The notes under the pieces are model-generated. The model was not told where the DNA came from, did no database searches, and saw nothing but the letters and a program-made list of their open reading frames with translations. A DNA stretch of 64,000 nt, taken from positions 1 through 64,000 of the IMG/VR virus record IMGVR_UViG_3300009685_000011; one strand, given 5' to 3'. Source of the stretch: a virus (taxonomy: Duplodnaviria > Caudoviricetes). This document shows, one piece after another, positions 1 through 9,440 of this stretch. Position 1 is the first letter of the stretch, and each line of letters begins with the position of its first letter. The translations under genes were made by a program, and so were the position numbers.

Positions 1-2
1 GG

Positions 3-3000
3 GGTGATTTAAAATTTATCGCAAAAGGAAACAAAATAGTTCCTCTTCTTAAGTTTGACTTTAATAAAAAGACCAGATTTGAACACCCCAAAGAGATAAA
101 CACTGATGATTTGATTGAGGCTCTTAAAAAAGCAAGGATTAATGTCTTTAAAGATTGGGTAGGTCAGGAGGTTTTGTTTCCTATTATATTTAACGGAGGG
201 CTTCAGTTTAGCAAAGTAAACTTTAATGATTTTTATCTTGACCATCACCAGACTACTTATCGTCAAGTTAACGTAGAAGGTAGTAATGAATTTGGCCCAA
301 TCAAATCTCTTTTGTTTGATGTTGAAACCCAAGCAGATCAAATAATCAAAGAAAGAGAACAAATACAGGAAAATCCTGTATTTGGAAGTCTTCCTATTGA
401 GAAGGATTCTATTCATTCTACTCTTGACGTAATTAAAGAGTTTCCTACTTTAATCAATAAAGTAAAAGGAATAAATAACGATGTTCTGGTTATTTTAAAC
501 TCTCTTTTAGAGAACAAACAAGTACAAGAAAGACTAAAAGACTCCACTGTAACTTTTACTACACAATACGGGCAAGACTTTAAGGGTATCTCTGGCGGTA
601 AAGAAATACTTGTAAACTTTTATCTACATACCAACCCTGAATTTTTTGTAGAATTAGTTGCACACGAAGTCATTCATACACTTACAGCAGACTGGGTTAC
701 TTCCAATTCTACTGACCCATTAGTAGAAAGATTGGAAGAACTTGTTAGACAAGTTCCTGAGTCTGTTGTGAATCTTATTGGAGACCAAGGATATGGTAAA
801 GATGATCCAAGATTCAAACTCGAAGTCTTGGCAAGACTTAGTGATCCCAAGGTTGCTAAGGAATTAAAAAAGATAAAAACAGGAAAGAAGAATTTCCTTG
901 ATACCTTAAAAGATATTGTAAAAGAAATACTCGGTAAAATATTCGGTATTAACAGTCAGTCTACTTTGTATTCAGACTTCCTTGAAAATCTTATCGAAAT
1001 CAGTACCAAGGTTAAAGAGAAAAAAGAACACACTTCTATATACGATCAGTTTAGTATATCTGATCTTGGAGATCTTACTTTTGGTTATTCTCAAGAAGAT
1101 GTTGACACTATTCAAAATAAATTCAGCCCTGTTTATTTGGAACAAGCCATTAATAGACTGAATGGTGAAATATTTCATTTTATTCACTCTAAAGGTGGAA
1201 GTAATCAGTTTCTTAATGGAGAAGTTAGTTTTGATAAAGTGTTCTTGCACTATTATCAATCAGTAGTAGATTATCTAAAAGCCAACGAAGGTAAGGTAGG
1301 AAAAGAAGAACACGACTTCTTGTTTGAGTTTCTTCTTAAAAACAGAGACTTTGTAAAAGACTACTGGATAGAAAATACTAATCTGGCTTCTTTGAGAAAA
1401 CCAAAGAAAGGAGAATACATATCTGATAAAGTTGTAGAAGACTATGAACCTTTAAGTGATCCTAATGAAGTCACAGATAGTGAAAACGAGGAAAAAGAAA
1501 AAGACCTTCGTGATATAACCGGAGGAGAAGATATTAATGAAAAGACATTTGACTTTGACAGGTCTGGTGTAGAACAGTCTTCTTTAGAAGCAGCAGATCC
1601 TATCAGTAGGGCTTTTGTAAAAATGATTCCCAAGATTGAAAGAGGAGAAGAAGGTACTAAAATCTACTCTGATGAAGATCGTAAAAAAGCAATAGATAAT
1701 GGTGCTAAGTCAGATCATTTTGTTTCAGTTCCAGGAGGTTTCATTAAATATGAAACTGATGAGACTAACTCAATAGTTCTAAATGACTATACTCAAAACT
1801 GGAACCTGATGGGTATTCATTTTCAAGGAAAAATGTCCTTGGAAGAAATGCTTAAATCTATAGATGATACACCAAGTCTTATTGACGTAGTTCCTGAAAT
1901 TTATGTATTTAAAGACAGATTAAGTCTTGACATTAAAAACGATTCTCAATTTACATTAAATGCTTCTTTGGAACGTGCCTTTAAAAAAGCATTTGTAAAT
2001 ACTTATGTTCTTATTAGAAACGAAGATGGTAGACTTTACTTGGTGAATGAAAGTAAAGACCTCACCACGATAGGAAAACGAAAAATAGACTCTGGTTTTC
2101 TTCAAACTATAGATGAAAAATATCCTCAGTTCTACGAAAGAGAAACAGATGAAGTTAGAATCAAGGCTCTTGTAGAATTTCTTAGAAGCAGAAAAGAAAA
2201 CGAGAACAAATCTCTTAGTGAACTTTTGGGGTTTGGATTTCACCCCAAGACCATCAAAAACAACGGGGTATTTACTTCGGAGATTACAAACTTTGACGAG
2301 CATCTTGAGAACATGTTCACTAACACTGAACTTGTTAATGTTCCTATTTCTATCTCTGAAATAATATTTAAAGGAACTTATGTAGGAAACAAAAAAATAG
2401 ATGGTGCTGCTGGTTTAGCCAAATCAGTTCTTAAACTGGAAGATAAGAATCGTCCTCTTAGTGCTACCACAGTGATTAAAAACGCAGAAGGAGAAAATCA
2501 ATCTACACTGTCTGTTCTTAACAGTATTCTTCAGTATAGAGAAATCTTAAACAACGCTCAGACCATTGAAGAACTTAACGAAAAAATGGAGAGGACTAAA
2601 AACCCTCTGTTTAATTATTCGTTGACAAAAAAAGCACTGTTCACTACTCTGTTAAACGAAAGTACTAATGAACTTGTAGAAGAAAGAACTAACGTTAAAG
2701 TAGATATAGGTCTTTTTAACGGATTCAAACAAGAGCAAAAAGGTAGAGCAACAAAAGGTAAACTTACAATTGATCTGGAAGGTGCAGATTGGTTAATGTT
2801 GAATTTTGTAGGGATGATTAAAGGAGGGATTATAGAAAATACTCGTGCTGAAACAGCCTCTACTTCTTACTATTTCAAGTTGACTAATTGGAGCAACGAA
2901 GTAGGTACGAGTGATACTCCTTTGAAAATTAGTGATGTTTTTTCTCAATACAACAAGAGAGAAGGAAAAATAAACATCTCCAAAGAATCAAAGATATTTA

Positions 3001-6000
3001 ATATTTGGTCAGATTACTTTAAGGGTAATCTTGAGAGGATGAATCTACAACAGTCTGACAAGTGGGGTCTTTTTGACTTCTTATCCAGGGAAGGAAAAGA
3101 GATTCTTAGAGACGGTCTTAACGAAGATGTTTTACTTGATGAACTTAACTCTTTCTTTAATAAAGAGTCAGACGAGTTTAGAAGAATGTTCGATCAAGAA
3201 ATAGGTGGTTATGAAGCAATAGTAGGTGATGCTATGGTCTTAGATAAACCTACTTACGGAGATAGAGAACTCTGGAACAAGATTAAAGGATTTGAAGAAG
3301 AGTACAAGGCTTTCTATGTATTGAATTCAATGATTATTCACACCGAAGAGACTATTCTTTTTCAGGGTGATCTTAGCCAAACTCCCAAGTACTACAAGAG
3401 AGCAAAAGGTGTACAATCTACCGGAACTCCTGTAAGTCAATCTCCTTCATTAGTTCAATGGGTAAACAAGTCTCTTGAGAATAATTCTATTGCTGTTGCT
3501 TTAGGATTTACACCCACCCAAATAGGTAAGAACTATTTGAGTTCCACTATGAAGGATGATGAAAAACCTTCTGCTTACAAAGACAGGTTCTTAGATGGTT
3601 TTGTAAAGTCTCAAAAACTGTACTATAGTTCAATCGGAGTAAATATCTCCGAGGATCAACTTAGAGAAACTGCACAAAATCTTCTTGTTCCCAAAACCAA
3701 AAAAGGAGAAGGTAACTATGGTATGGTAAATATTGGAGATGGTGCTGCGTATACCCATCCTGATTTTCATTATGCTACTCTCAAATTAATAGGTAACATT
3801 TCTACTGAACAACAAAAAGTTTATGAGGCTCTTGTACTTGATACTATTAAAAACTCGAAAGAGTATTTTGGAATAGAATCAAGACAAATTACAGAATCTG
3901 AAGAAAAAAAGATTAAGGAAGGTTTTGCTCTCTTAGCAGAGGGAAAAGGACAGTTTCCTCTCATTAAGTTTACTTATCGCAATACCATGAGTAACTCTGA
4001 TTCCGTAGTTAAGGAAGAGGTCATGGATAAGTTTGCTTTGTTTCCTTTGTTTCCACAGTTTGTTCACGACAAACCTGTAGCAAAAGAAATGCTGAAAAGC
4101 ATGATGAAAGAAGGTCTTGGTTATGTAAAGTTCCAGTCAGGTACCAAGATTGACACTACTCCTCCTATTGATTTCATAGGCATGGTTGAAAAAGGAGAGG
4201 TAGATGTTAGTTTTGAAAACTTCACACATGAACTTTCTACAGAATTTTTAAGAGAACAGATCAAAACCCCCAACAAGCACAAAACTAAGAACACATTTGG
4301 ATCTCAGGTTAGAAAAAATATCCTGGCAGAACTTGGTCAGGTTAAACTCTCACGAGAAGAAAACAAGGGAGACTTTAAAAGAAAATGGGAAAAACTAAAC
4401 CAGGAATTTTCTCTTGCACTTAAAAGAGAAATTCTCGGCAGGTTTAAAATCAAAGAAACTGCTCCTGACCAGTGGGATTTCACCAAAGTAGATAAAGCAC
4501 AAGTTGCTCAAATTCTTTTGGAAGAGTCCACCAGAAGAGAACTACCTTATAATCTAAAAGTGTTCTTTGATAAGTATCGCAGAGGAATATTTAAAGAAGC
4601 ACAGTTGATTTCTGCGTATGATCTTTTTGAATCTTCTATGGGTGCTCCACAGATTCAAAACTTGCTCGCATCTATTATTAAGAAGATCAGTATTCAAAAA
4701 CTGAAAGGCGCTCAATACCGTCAGGTAGCAAGTTCTCCTTTTGATCGTAAAATTAAATCAGAAGGTAAAACAAGAGAATTGGGTTTTTACGAATTTAACG
4801 AAGAAGGTACTAAAGCAGCAGAATGTAAAATAGGTATGGGTGGAGATTTCCTTAATCTCTTAAACCTTAAGGACATCACTAACTATATAGAGTACAGACA
4901 ACAAGAAGATACCATTTTTAACAGACTTAGTGCCCTCAATAAAAAACTTGAAGATGATGCTTGGGTAGAAGCACACAAAGATGTTCTTACAATAGCATCT
5001 TATCGTATTCCTAACCAAGGTCATAACTCTGACGAAGTGTTTGTCATTCGAGAGTTCTTACCTCCTATGCACGCTGGCGAAATTATCCTTCCTCCAGAAG
5101 TAACTACTCAATCTGGTACTGACTATGACTATGATAAAATGAGTGCTATTGTACCTTCTATTAATAAAGACGGTACTTTAGTAACAAAAGGTTCTAAAGG
5201 TATTCAGAACGAAATGATTAAGACTTTTTCTGATATTCTTTTAGACCCTGTTAATTATTGGAAACTGATTGTACCTAACTCCAATCAGATTATTTTCGAT
5301 CTATTAAAAGAAAAGTTACTTCCTAAACTTTATCCCAACCTAAAGTTAGATTCTTTCTCACCATCAGAGATTATTACTCTTGGAAGAAACTATCGCCAGT
5401 TTAAATCAGTACAAGGTAAAAACCTCTTAGGTATAGCAGCAGTGTGGAATCCTTTTACTACCATACTTCAGAATCACAACATTCGTGTAAACTCGATCTA
5501 TAAAAAGAAAGTAGGATTTGGTACAGAGGCTTTTTTTATTGAGGTTCCAATTAACCCTTTGTTTGGTTCTACTGACGTTTCCCTTTACACCAAGGACAAT
5601 CTTAATAAATTAGAAGTCATATCTCAACTTATTAACGTTACCGTAGATATGCCTTCAGATGATACCTTTGGTATGTCTGTGTTTACACAAGATGACTTCA
5701 GTGCTTTTATTTACGGAATGTCTCTTTTGAATTACGGGTTTGAGAATTCGATGATGTTTTTTCACCAACCTATTATTTATAAATTTAAAGACCTTATAAG
5801 TAAAACAGTAAGAAAAGGTTATAAAAAGAGTCGTGCTAATCTTATGGTTGCACACAAACTTTTAGACATTGAGTTAATCAAAACTCAAGATGGTAATATT
5901 AACGTTCGTAAATCAGAAGCAAATCTTTTTAAAAAACTAACAGAGATAGAAAAGTCTCTTAACAGTGAACTTTTAGCAGGTCAACTCAAGAGCGTAGAAG

Positions 6001-8786
6001 AAGCAGTTCAAGTAGAAAGATTTTCAGATCAACAAAAGGCTGTTTTAGCACACTACTTAAAGTTGTTAGATCAGGCTAATCAAGTTAGAACTGTACAATC
6101 TGCTCTCAACTTTGATACATCTCCTGATAACAACCTTGCCAAAACAAGAGATAGACAAAAAGATTTTATAGAAGCACAACTTTCAGAAATCATTCCTTAT
6201 GAAAAAATAATCGAGGTGAAAGAAGATTCTGTTATCTCTGGTCTATATGTAAGTGTTATTTACGAAAGTCTTGTTTCCGAGATATTTCCGGTGCTTTATT
6301 CCAGTAAAACTAAAGAAGCATTTGACCAATTAAGGGATAAGTTTGTAGAACACTCTGAAGTAGCGTTTAGAAAAGCCACAAATGACTTCCTTCTTGCGAT
6401 AGTTCAAAATTACGGTACCTACAAAAACCAGAACATTACAGACTTTACTCTACCTTATATAAGAGGAGATAAAAAAGCAGACCTTATCAGAGAAGCAACC
6501 AAAATTAAAAAACAACTAAAGGAACAAGGTAAAAGACTTAGACTTTTAGATATTCTTGTAGCCAACACTTCAAGAAAAGGAACTCCTACTTTATCTAATC
6601 CTCAATTAATTATGGGTATGGAGAACTCCTCTGGAGATAAAGATCAGATCACAGAAGAATTCAGAGAACTTCTTAACAACCCTAAGACTAAGGATTTTGC
6701 AGAAACACTTGCTATTGTAGGATTGGTTCAAAGTGGTTGGTCTAAATCACCACTGTACTTTTCGGATGTTATACCTGAAGAGTTTATTACTCCAATAATT
6801 AATAAAGCCCTCAAAGAATACCAAGAGTTATCCAAAATAGATAAAAGAGGTTTCATCATTGCTTTTAAAAGTAATTTTGAAGACTACCAGGCTAAATCTT
6901 TAGGTGGTAGAGGTAACTATGAAGATGCTTATAGAATAATGGACTACACCGTTAACGTTCAGCCTACCATAGAAGCAACAAGAAAGGCTTATGAAGAAAA
7001 GAAAAAAGAAGATGAATTTACAGAGTATGAAGTTATTGAAACTGAAACCAAACAGTTAGGTGGTGGAAACACGATTGATATAAGTCAATTTGTTAACCAC
7101 TCTGGAGGTGCATTGGGAGCAGATAGTGCTTGGGATGAGATAGGTAAAGAATTTGGAATGCTCACCAATAGACACTATTACTTTAAAGACAAAACTCCAA
7201 AAGGCAATATTGAAATTACTCAAGATCAATTTGACGAAGGTATAAAAAAAGCAAATAGTGCTGCCAAAGCAACTTATGGGTTTCAATATTCTTTTAGTGA
7301 TAATAAAGTAGGCAGATTATTGTCTCGTAATTGGCAACAAGTGAAAAACAGTGATGCTGTTTTTGCTATAGGTAAGATTGTTCAAAAGGGAGACAAACTA
7401 TTTGATGATGACAGAATTGCATTAAAACCTGCTGTCAGTGGAGGTACAGGATATGCTGTAGAAATGGCAATTCAAGAAAACAAACCTGTTTATGTATTTG
7501 ACCAAAATAAAAACCAGTGGTTTACTTGGGATGGTTCTGATTTTATTCAAATAGAGACACCGACTTTAACCAAGAATTTTGCAGGAATAGGTACAAGACA
7601 GATCAACGAACAAGGTAAACAAGCAATAAAAGATGTTTATCAAAAGACTATAGAACAAGGTGTACAACCAGATCCAACTTTAGGGTACAATCAAGAATCT
7701 TTAGAAGCAAAAGAAATACAAATCAGTTATGGATCAGAAGACAATTACTTGGAGGCACTTAAAAAAGTGTCTGAACAAAGAGGAAAAATTAAATGGGAAG
7801 ATGTATTTAGAAATTACTCCAGATTTCCTCAAAGAGTTAAAAACGCTCTTACACGTTCTTCAACATTACGAGAAAATGATAAATTATTTTCCGGTGGATC
7901 ATTTGAGACTTCCGGGAGAAGAATAGAATCTATTCAAGATTTAGCAGATTTATATCTGGTTCACAGAAGTCCTACTATTGAAAAACTACACTATATCTTT
8001 TTGAAAAACAATGAAATTGTAGCCACTCATGCTGCCACAGCGGGATTAGTAAACAGGACTGCTAAGTTTAATAAAGGGTTGTTTGAAAAAACCTACGAAG
8101 AAAGTGGAGCAGACTCAGTTTATTTACTACACAACCATCCTTCTGGAAATCACCTGCCTTCTGATGCTGATTTGTTGATGACTCATCAAATTACCAAAAG
8201 TAGTAACGTAAATTTTAAAGGACAGTTAATAATCAATACAGATAAATTCTCCTTTATCCCTGCAACAAAGGATATATTTAAATATTTGGAATATGAAGAA
8301 GTAGATTACAAGAAGAAACCAGATGTTTTATTTAAAACAAGGATAACCTTAGGAACTTCTACAAAACAAATTACCAACTCGTTAAAGCAAATTGGAGATA
8401 TTTTACTTAAAGAACCAGGTATAAATTCTGTAATTTACTTAGATGTTTATGCTACAATAGTTGGTTACGATTCATTTACTGACGGAGATGTTTCTAAAAT
8501 TGATTTTCAAGACCAAATGAAAAAGAAGGGTGCTTATTCTTATGTAATCTTTAGTCCTTCTAAAGAAAGTAATGATGCAGTAGAGTCTTCCAGCAATCAT
8601 GTCAAAGGTTATTCTTCCTTCTATCTTGAAAATGGACAGATAAAAGCATCTCTTAGATTTGATAAAGAGTTTACCAATCAGGTTGATTTGGAGCCTAACC
8701 AAATACAGTTTTGGGAGAAGGTGTTTTTTCAACCTGAAGATGTCTTGGATACTATTACACAACCAAAAATATGTACTAAGATGTAA
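3..8786 (+). CDS. Giant virion-packaged RNA polymerase, crAss-like (phi14:2 gp66-type), 5'-partial; extra zincin-like, SLOG-like and JAB/RadC domains
   Basis: Frame is open from base 3, so the start lies upstream of the window. Motif YRIPNQG...EFLPP...GEIILP.EVTTQSGTDYDYDK with DYDYD at 5121-5135 matches the crAss-like RNAP DFDID-type catalytic loop. HEVIH at 663-677; HSGGALGAD...SGGTGYA at about 7098-7460; HNHPSGNHLPSDAD at 8130-8171. Confidence 0.9.
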   Translation, partial: GDLKFIAKGNKIVPLLKFDFNKKTRFEHPKEINTDDLIEALKKARINVFKDWVGQEVLFPIIFNGGLQFSKVNFNDFYLDHHQTTYRQVNVEGSNEFGPIKSLLFDVETQADQIIKEREQIQENPVFGSLPIEKDSIHSTLDVIKEFPTLINKVKGINNDVLVILNSLLENKQVQERLKDSTVTFTTQYGQDFKGISGGKEILVNFYLHTNPEFFVELVAHEVIHTLTADWVTSNSTDPLVERLEELVRQVPESVVNLIGDQGYGKDDPRFKLEVLARLSDPKVAKELKKIKTGKKNFLDTLKDIVKEILGKIFGINSQSTLYSDFLENLIEISTKVKEKKEHTSIYDQFSISDLGDLTFGYSQEDVDTIQNKFSPVYLEQAINRLNGEIFHFIHSKGGSNQFLNGEVSFDKVFLHYYQSVVDYLKANEGKVGKEEHDFLFEFLLKNRDFVKDYWIENTNLASLRKPKKGEYISDKVVEDYEPLSDPNEVTDSENEEKEKDLRDITGGEDINEKTFDFDRSGVEQSSLEAADPISRAFVKMIPKIERGEEGTKIYSDEDRKKAIDNGAKSDHFVSVPGGFIKYETDETNSIVLNDYTQNWNLMGIHFQGKMSLEEMLKSIDDTPSLIDVVPEIYVFKDRLSLDIKNDSQFTLNASLERAFKKAFVNTYVLIRNEDGRLYLVNESKDLTTIGKRKIDSGFLQTIDEKYPQFYERETDEVRIKALVEFLRSRKENENKSLSELLGFGFHPKTIKNNGVFTSEITNFDEHLENMFTNTELVNVPISISEIIFKGTYVGNKKIDGAAGLAKSVLKLEDKNRPLSATTVIKNAEGENQSTLSVLNSILQYREILNNAQTIEELNEKMERTKNPLFNYSLTKKALFTTLLNESTNELVEERTNVKVDIGLFNGFKQEQKGRATKGKLTIDLEGADWLMLNFVGMIKGGIIENTRAETASTSYYFKLTNWSNEVGTSDTPLKISDVFSQYNKREGKINISKESKIFNIWSDYFKGNLERMNLQQSDKWGLFDFLSREGKEILRDGLNEDVLLDELNSFFNKESDEFRRMFDQEIGGYEAIVGDAMVLDKPTYGDRELWNKIKGFEEEYKAFYVLNSMIIHTEETILFQGDLSQTPKYYKRAKGVQSTGTPVSQSPSLVQWVNKSLENNSIAVALGFTPTQIGKNYLSSTMKDDEKPSAYKDRFLDGFVKSQKLYYSSIGVNISEDQLRETAQNLLVPKTKKGEGNYGMVNIGDGAAYTHPDFHYATLKLIGNISTEQQKVYEALVLDTIKNSKEYFGIESRQITESEEKKIKEGFALLAEGKGQFPLIKFTYRNTMSNSDSVVKEEVMDKFALFPLFPQFVHDKPVAKEMLKSMMKEGLGYVKFQSGTKIDTTPPIDFIGMVEKGEVDVSFENFTHELSTEFLREQIKTPNKHKTKNTFGSQVRKNILAELGQVKLSREENKGDFKRKWEKLNQEFSLALKREILGRFKIKETAPDQWDFTKVDKAQVAQILLEESTRRELPYNLKVFFDKYRRGIFKEAQLISAYDLFESSMGAPQIQNLLASIIKKISIQKLKGAQYRQVASSPFDRKIKSEGKTRELGFYEFNEEGTKAAECKIGMGGDFLNLLNLKDITNYIEYRQQEDTIFNRLSALNKKLEDDAWVEAHKDVLTIASYRIPNQGHNSDEVFVIREFLPPMHAGEIILPPEVTTQSGTDYDYDKMSAIVPSINKDGTLVTKGSKGIQNEMIKTFSDILLDPVNYWKLIVPNSNQIIFDLLKEKLLPKLYPNLKLDSFSPSEIITLGRNYRQFKSVQGKNLLGIAAVWNPFTTILQNHNIRVNSIYKKKVGFGTEAFFIEVPINPLFGSTDVSLYTKDNLNKLEVISQLINVTVDMPSDDTFGMSVFTQDDFSAFIYGMSLLNYGFENSMMFFHQPIIYKFKDLISKTVRKGYKKSRANLMVAHKLLDIELIKTQDGNINVRKSEANLFKKLTEIEKSLNSELLAGQLKSVEEAVQVERFSDQQKAVLAHYLKLLDQANQVRTVQSALNFDTSPDNNLAKTRDRQKDFIEAQLSEIIPYEKIIEVKEDSVISGLYVSVIYESLVSEIFPVLYSSKTKEAFDQLRDKFVEHSEVAFRKATNDFLLAIVQNYGTYKNQNITDFTLPYIRGDKKADLIREATKIKKQLKEQGKRLRLLDILVANTSRKGTPTLSNPQLIMGMENSSGDKDQITEEFRELLNNPKTKDFAETLAIVGLVQSGWSKSPLYFSDVIPEEFITPIINKALKEYQELSKIDKRGFIIAFKSNFEDYQAKSLGGRGNYEDAYRIMDYTVNVQPTIEATRKAYEEKKKEDEFTEYEVIETETKQLGGGNTIDISQFVNHSGGALGADSAWDEIGKEFGMLTNRHYYFKDKTPKGNIEITQDQFDEGIKKANSAAKATYGFQYSFSDNKVGRLLSRNWQQVKNSDAVFAIGKIVQKGDKLFDDDRIALKPAVSGGTGYAVEMAIQENKPVYVFDQNKNQWFTWDGSDFIQIETPTLTKNFAGIGTRQINEQGKQAIKDVYQKTIEQGVQPDPTLGYNQESLEAKEIQISYGSEDNYLEALKKVSEQRGKIKWEDVFRNYSRFPQRVKNALTRSSTLRENDKLFSGGSFETSGRRIESIQDLADLYLVHRSPTIEKLHYIFLKNNEIVATHAATAGLVNRTAKFNKGLFEKTYEESGADSVYLLHNHPSGNHLPSDADLLMTHQITKSSNVNFKGQLIINTDKFSFIPATKDIFKYLEYEEVDYKKKPDVLFKTRITLGTSTKQITNSLKQIGDILLKEPGINSVIYLDVYATIVGYDSFTDGDVSKIDFQDQMKKKGAYSYVIFSPSKESNDAVESSSNHVKGYSSFYLENGQIKASLRFDKEFTNQVDLEPNQIQFWEKVFFQPEDVLDTITQPKICTKM

Positions 8787-8917
8787 TAGTTATTTTCTTT
8801 CGTTATATAACGATGAAAATATTTATAAGTAACCTGTAAATCAAATAATTATAAAGACTTCGTTTTACTTTTTAATAAAAATTACGATTTAATACTACAG
8901 AAAAGTAAAATTATGTT

Positions 8918-8925
8918 TACTTTTG
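8918..8925 (+). promoter_or_regulatory. Candidate Bacteroidota housekeeping-sigma -7 promoter element (TAnnTTTG)
   Basis: TACTTTTG in the AT-rich intergenic gap, 33 nt upstream of the RepL-like ATG; no clear -33 TTTG. Confidence 0.5.
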
Positions 8926-8958
8926 TAAAATATTTTTACATATAAACACATCTGTAAT

Positions 8959-9438
8959 ATGAATCCTTTTATCAGTCAAGAGTCATTTAAACTTAAAGTG
9001 TTAGAAATTAAAAAGACCACTCACAAGATAGACACGTCTAATATTCCTGAAGATGGAGTTATTGTAGGTGATTATGAAACAGTTACTCGATCTTTTTTAA
9101 TAGAACAACAGAAGAAAAAAAGCATGTATGATGTTCCTTATTTAGATAATATTTTATTTGGAGAACTTACGTCACGAAGTAGAGATTTGTTTCTTTATGT
9201 TTTAAATCACGCTCCGCAAGACTTGGACTATATCAATCTAAAGCAATCAATAGTTTGTAGGAATATCAGAATGAGCAAACCGACTTTAATATCTGCCATT
9301 AAAGAACTTTCTGATGTAGGGGTGATTTGTAGAAAATCACAATCTGAATACTGGATTAATCCCTATTATATTTTTAGAGGAAACAGAGTTAAATTTTATC
9401 AAGAAAACTATCCTAACAAAATAGAAAAACTTAATTAA
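8959..9438 (+). CDS. RepL-like winged-helix DNA-binding/replication protein
   Basis: C-terminal HTH-wing pattern SKPTLISAIKELSDVGVI...YWINPYYIFRG typical of the RepL family. Confidence 0.7.
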   Translation: MNPFISQESFKLKVLEIKKTTHKIDTSNIPEDGVIVGDYETVTRSFLIEQQKKKSMYDVPYLDNILFGELTSRSRDLFLYVLNHAPQDLDYINLKQSIVCRNIRMSKPTLISAIKELSDVGVICRKSQSEYWINPYYIFRGNRVKFYQENYPNKIEKLN

Positions 9439-9440
9439 CT

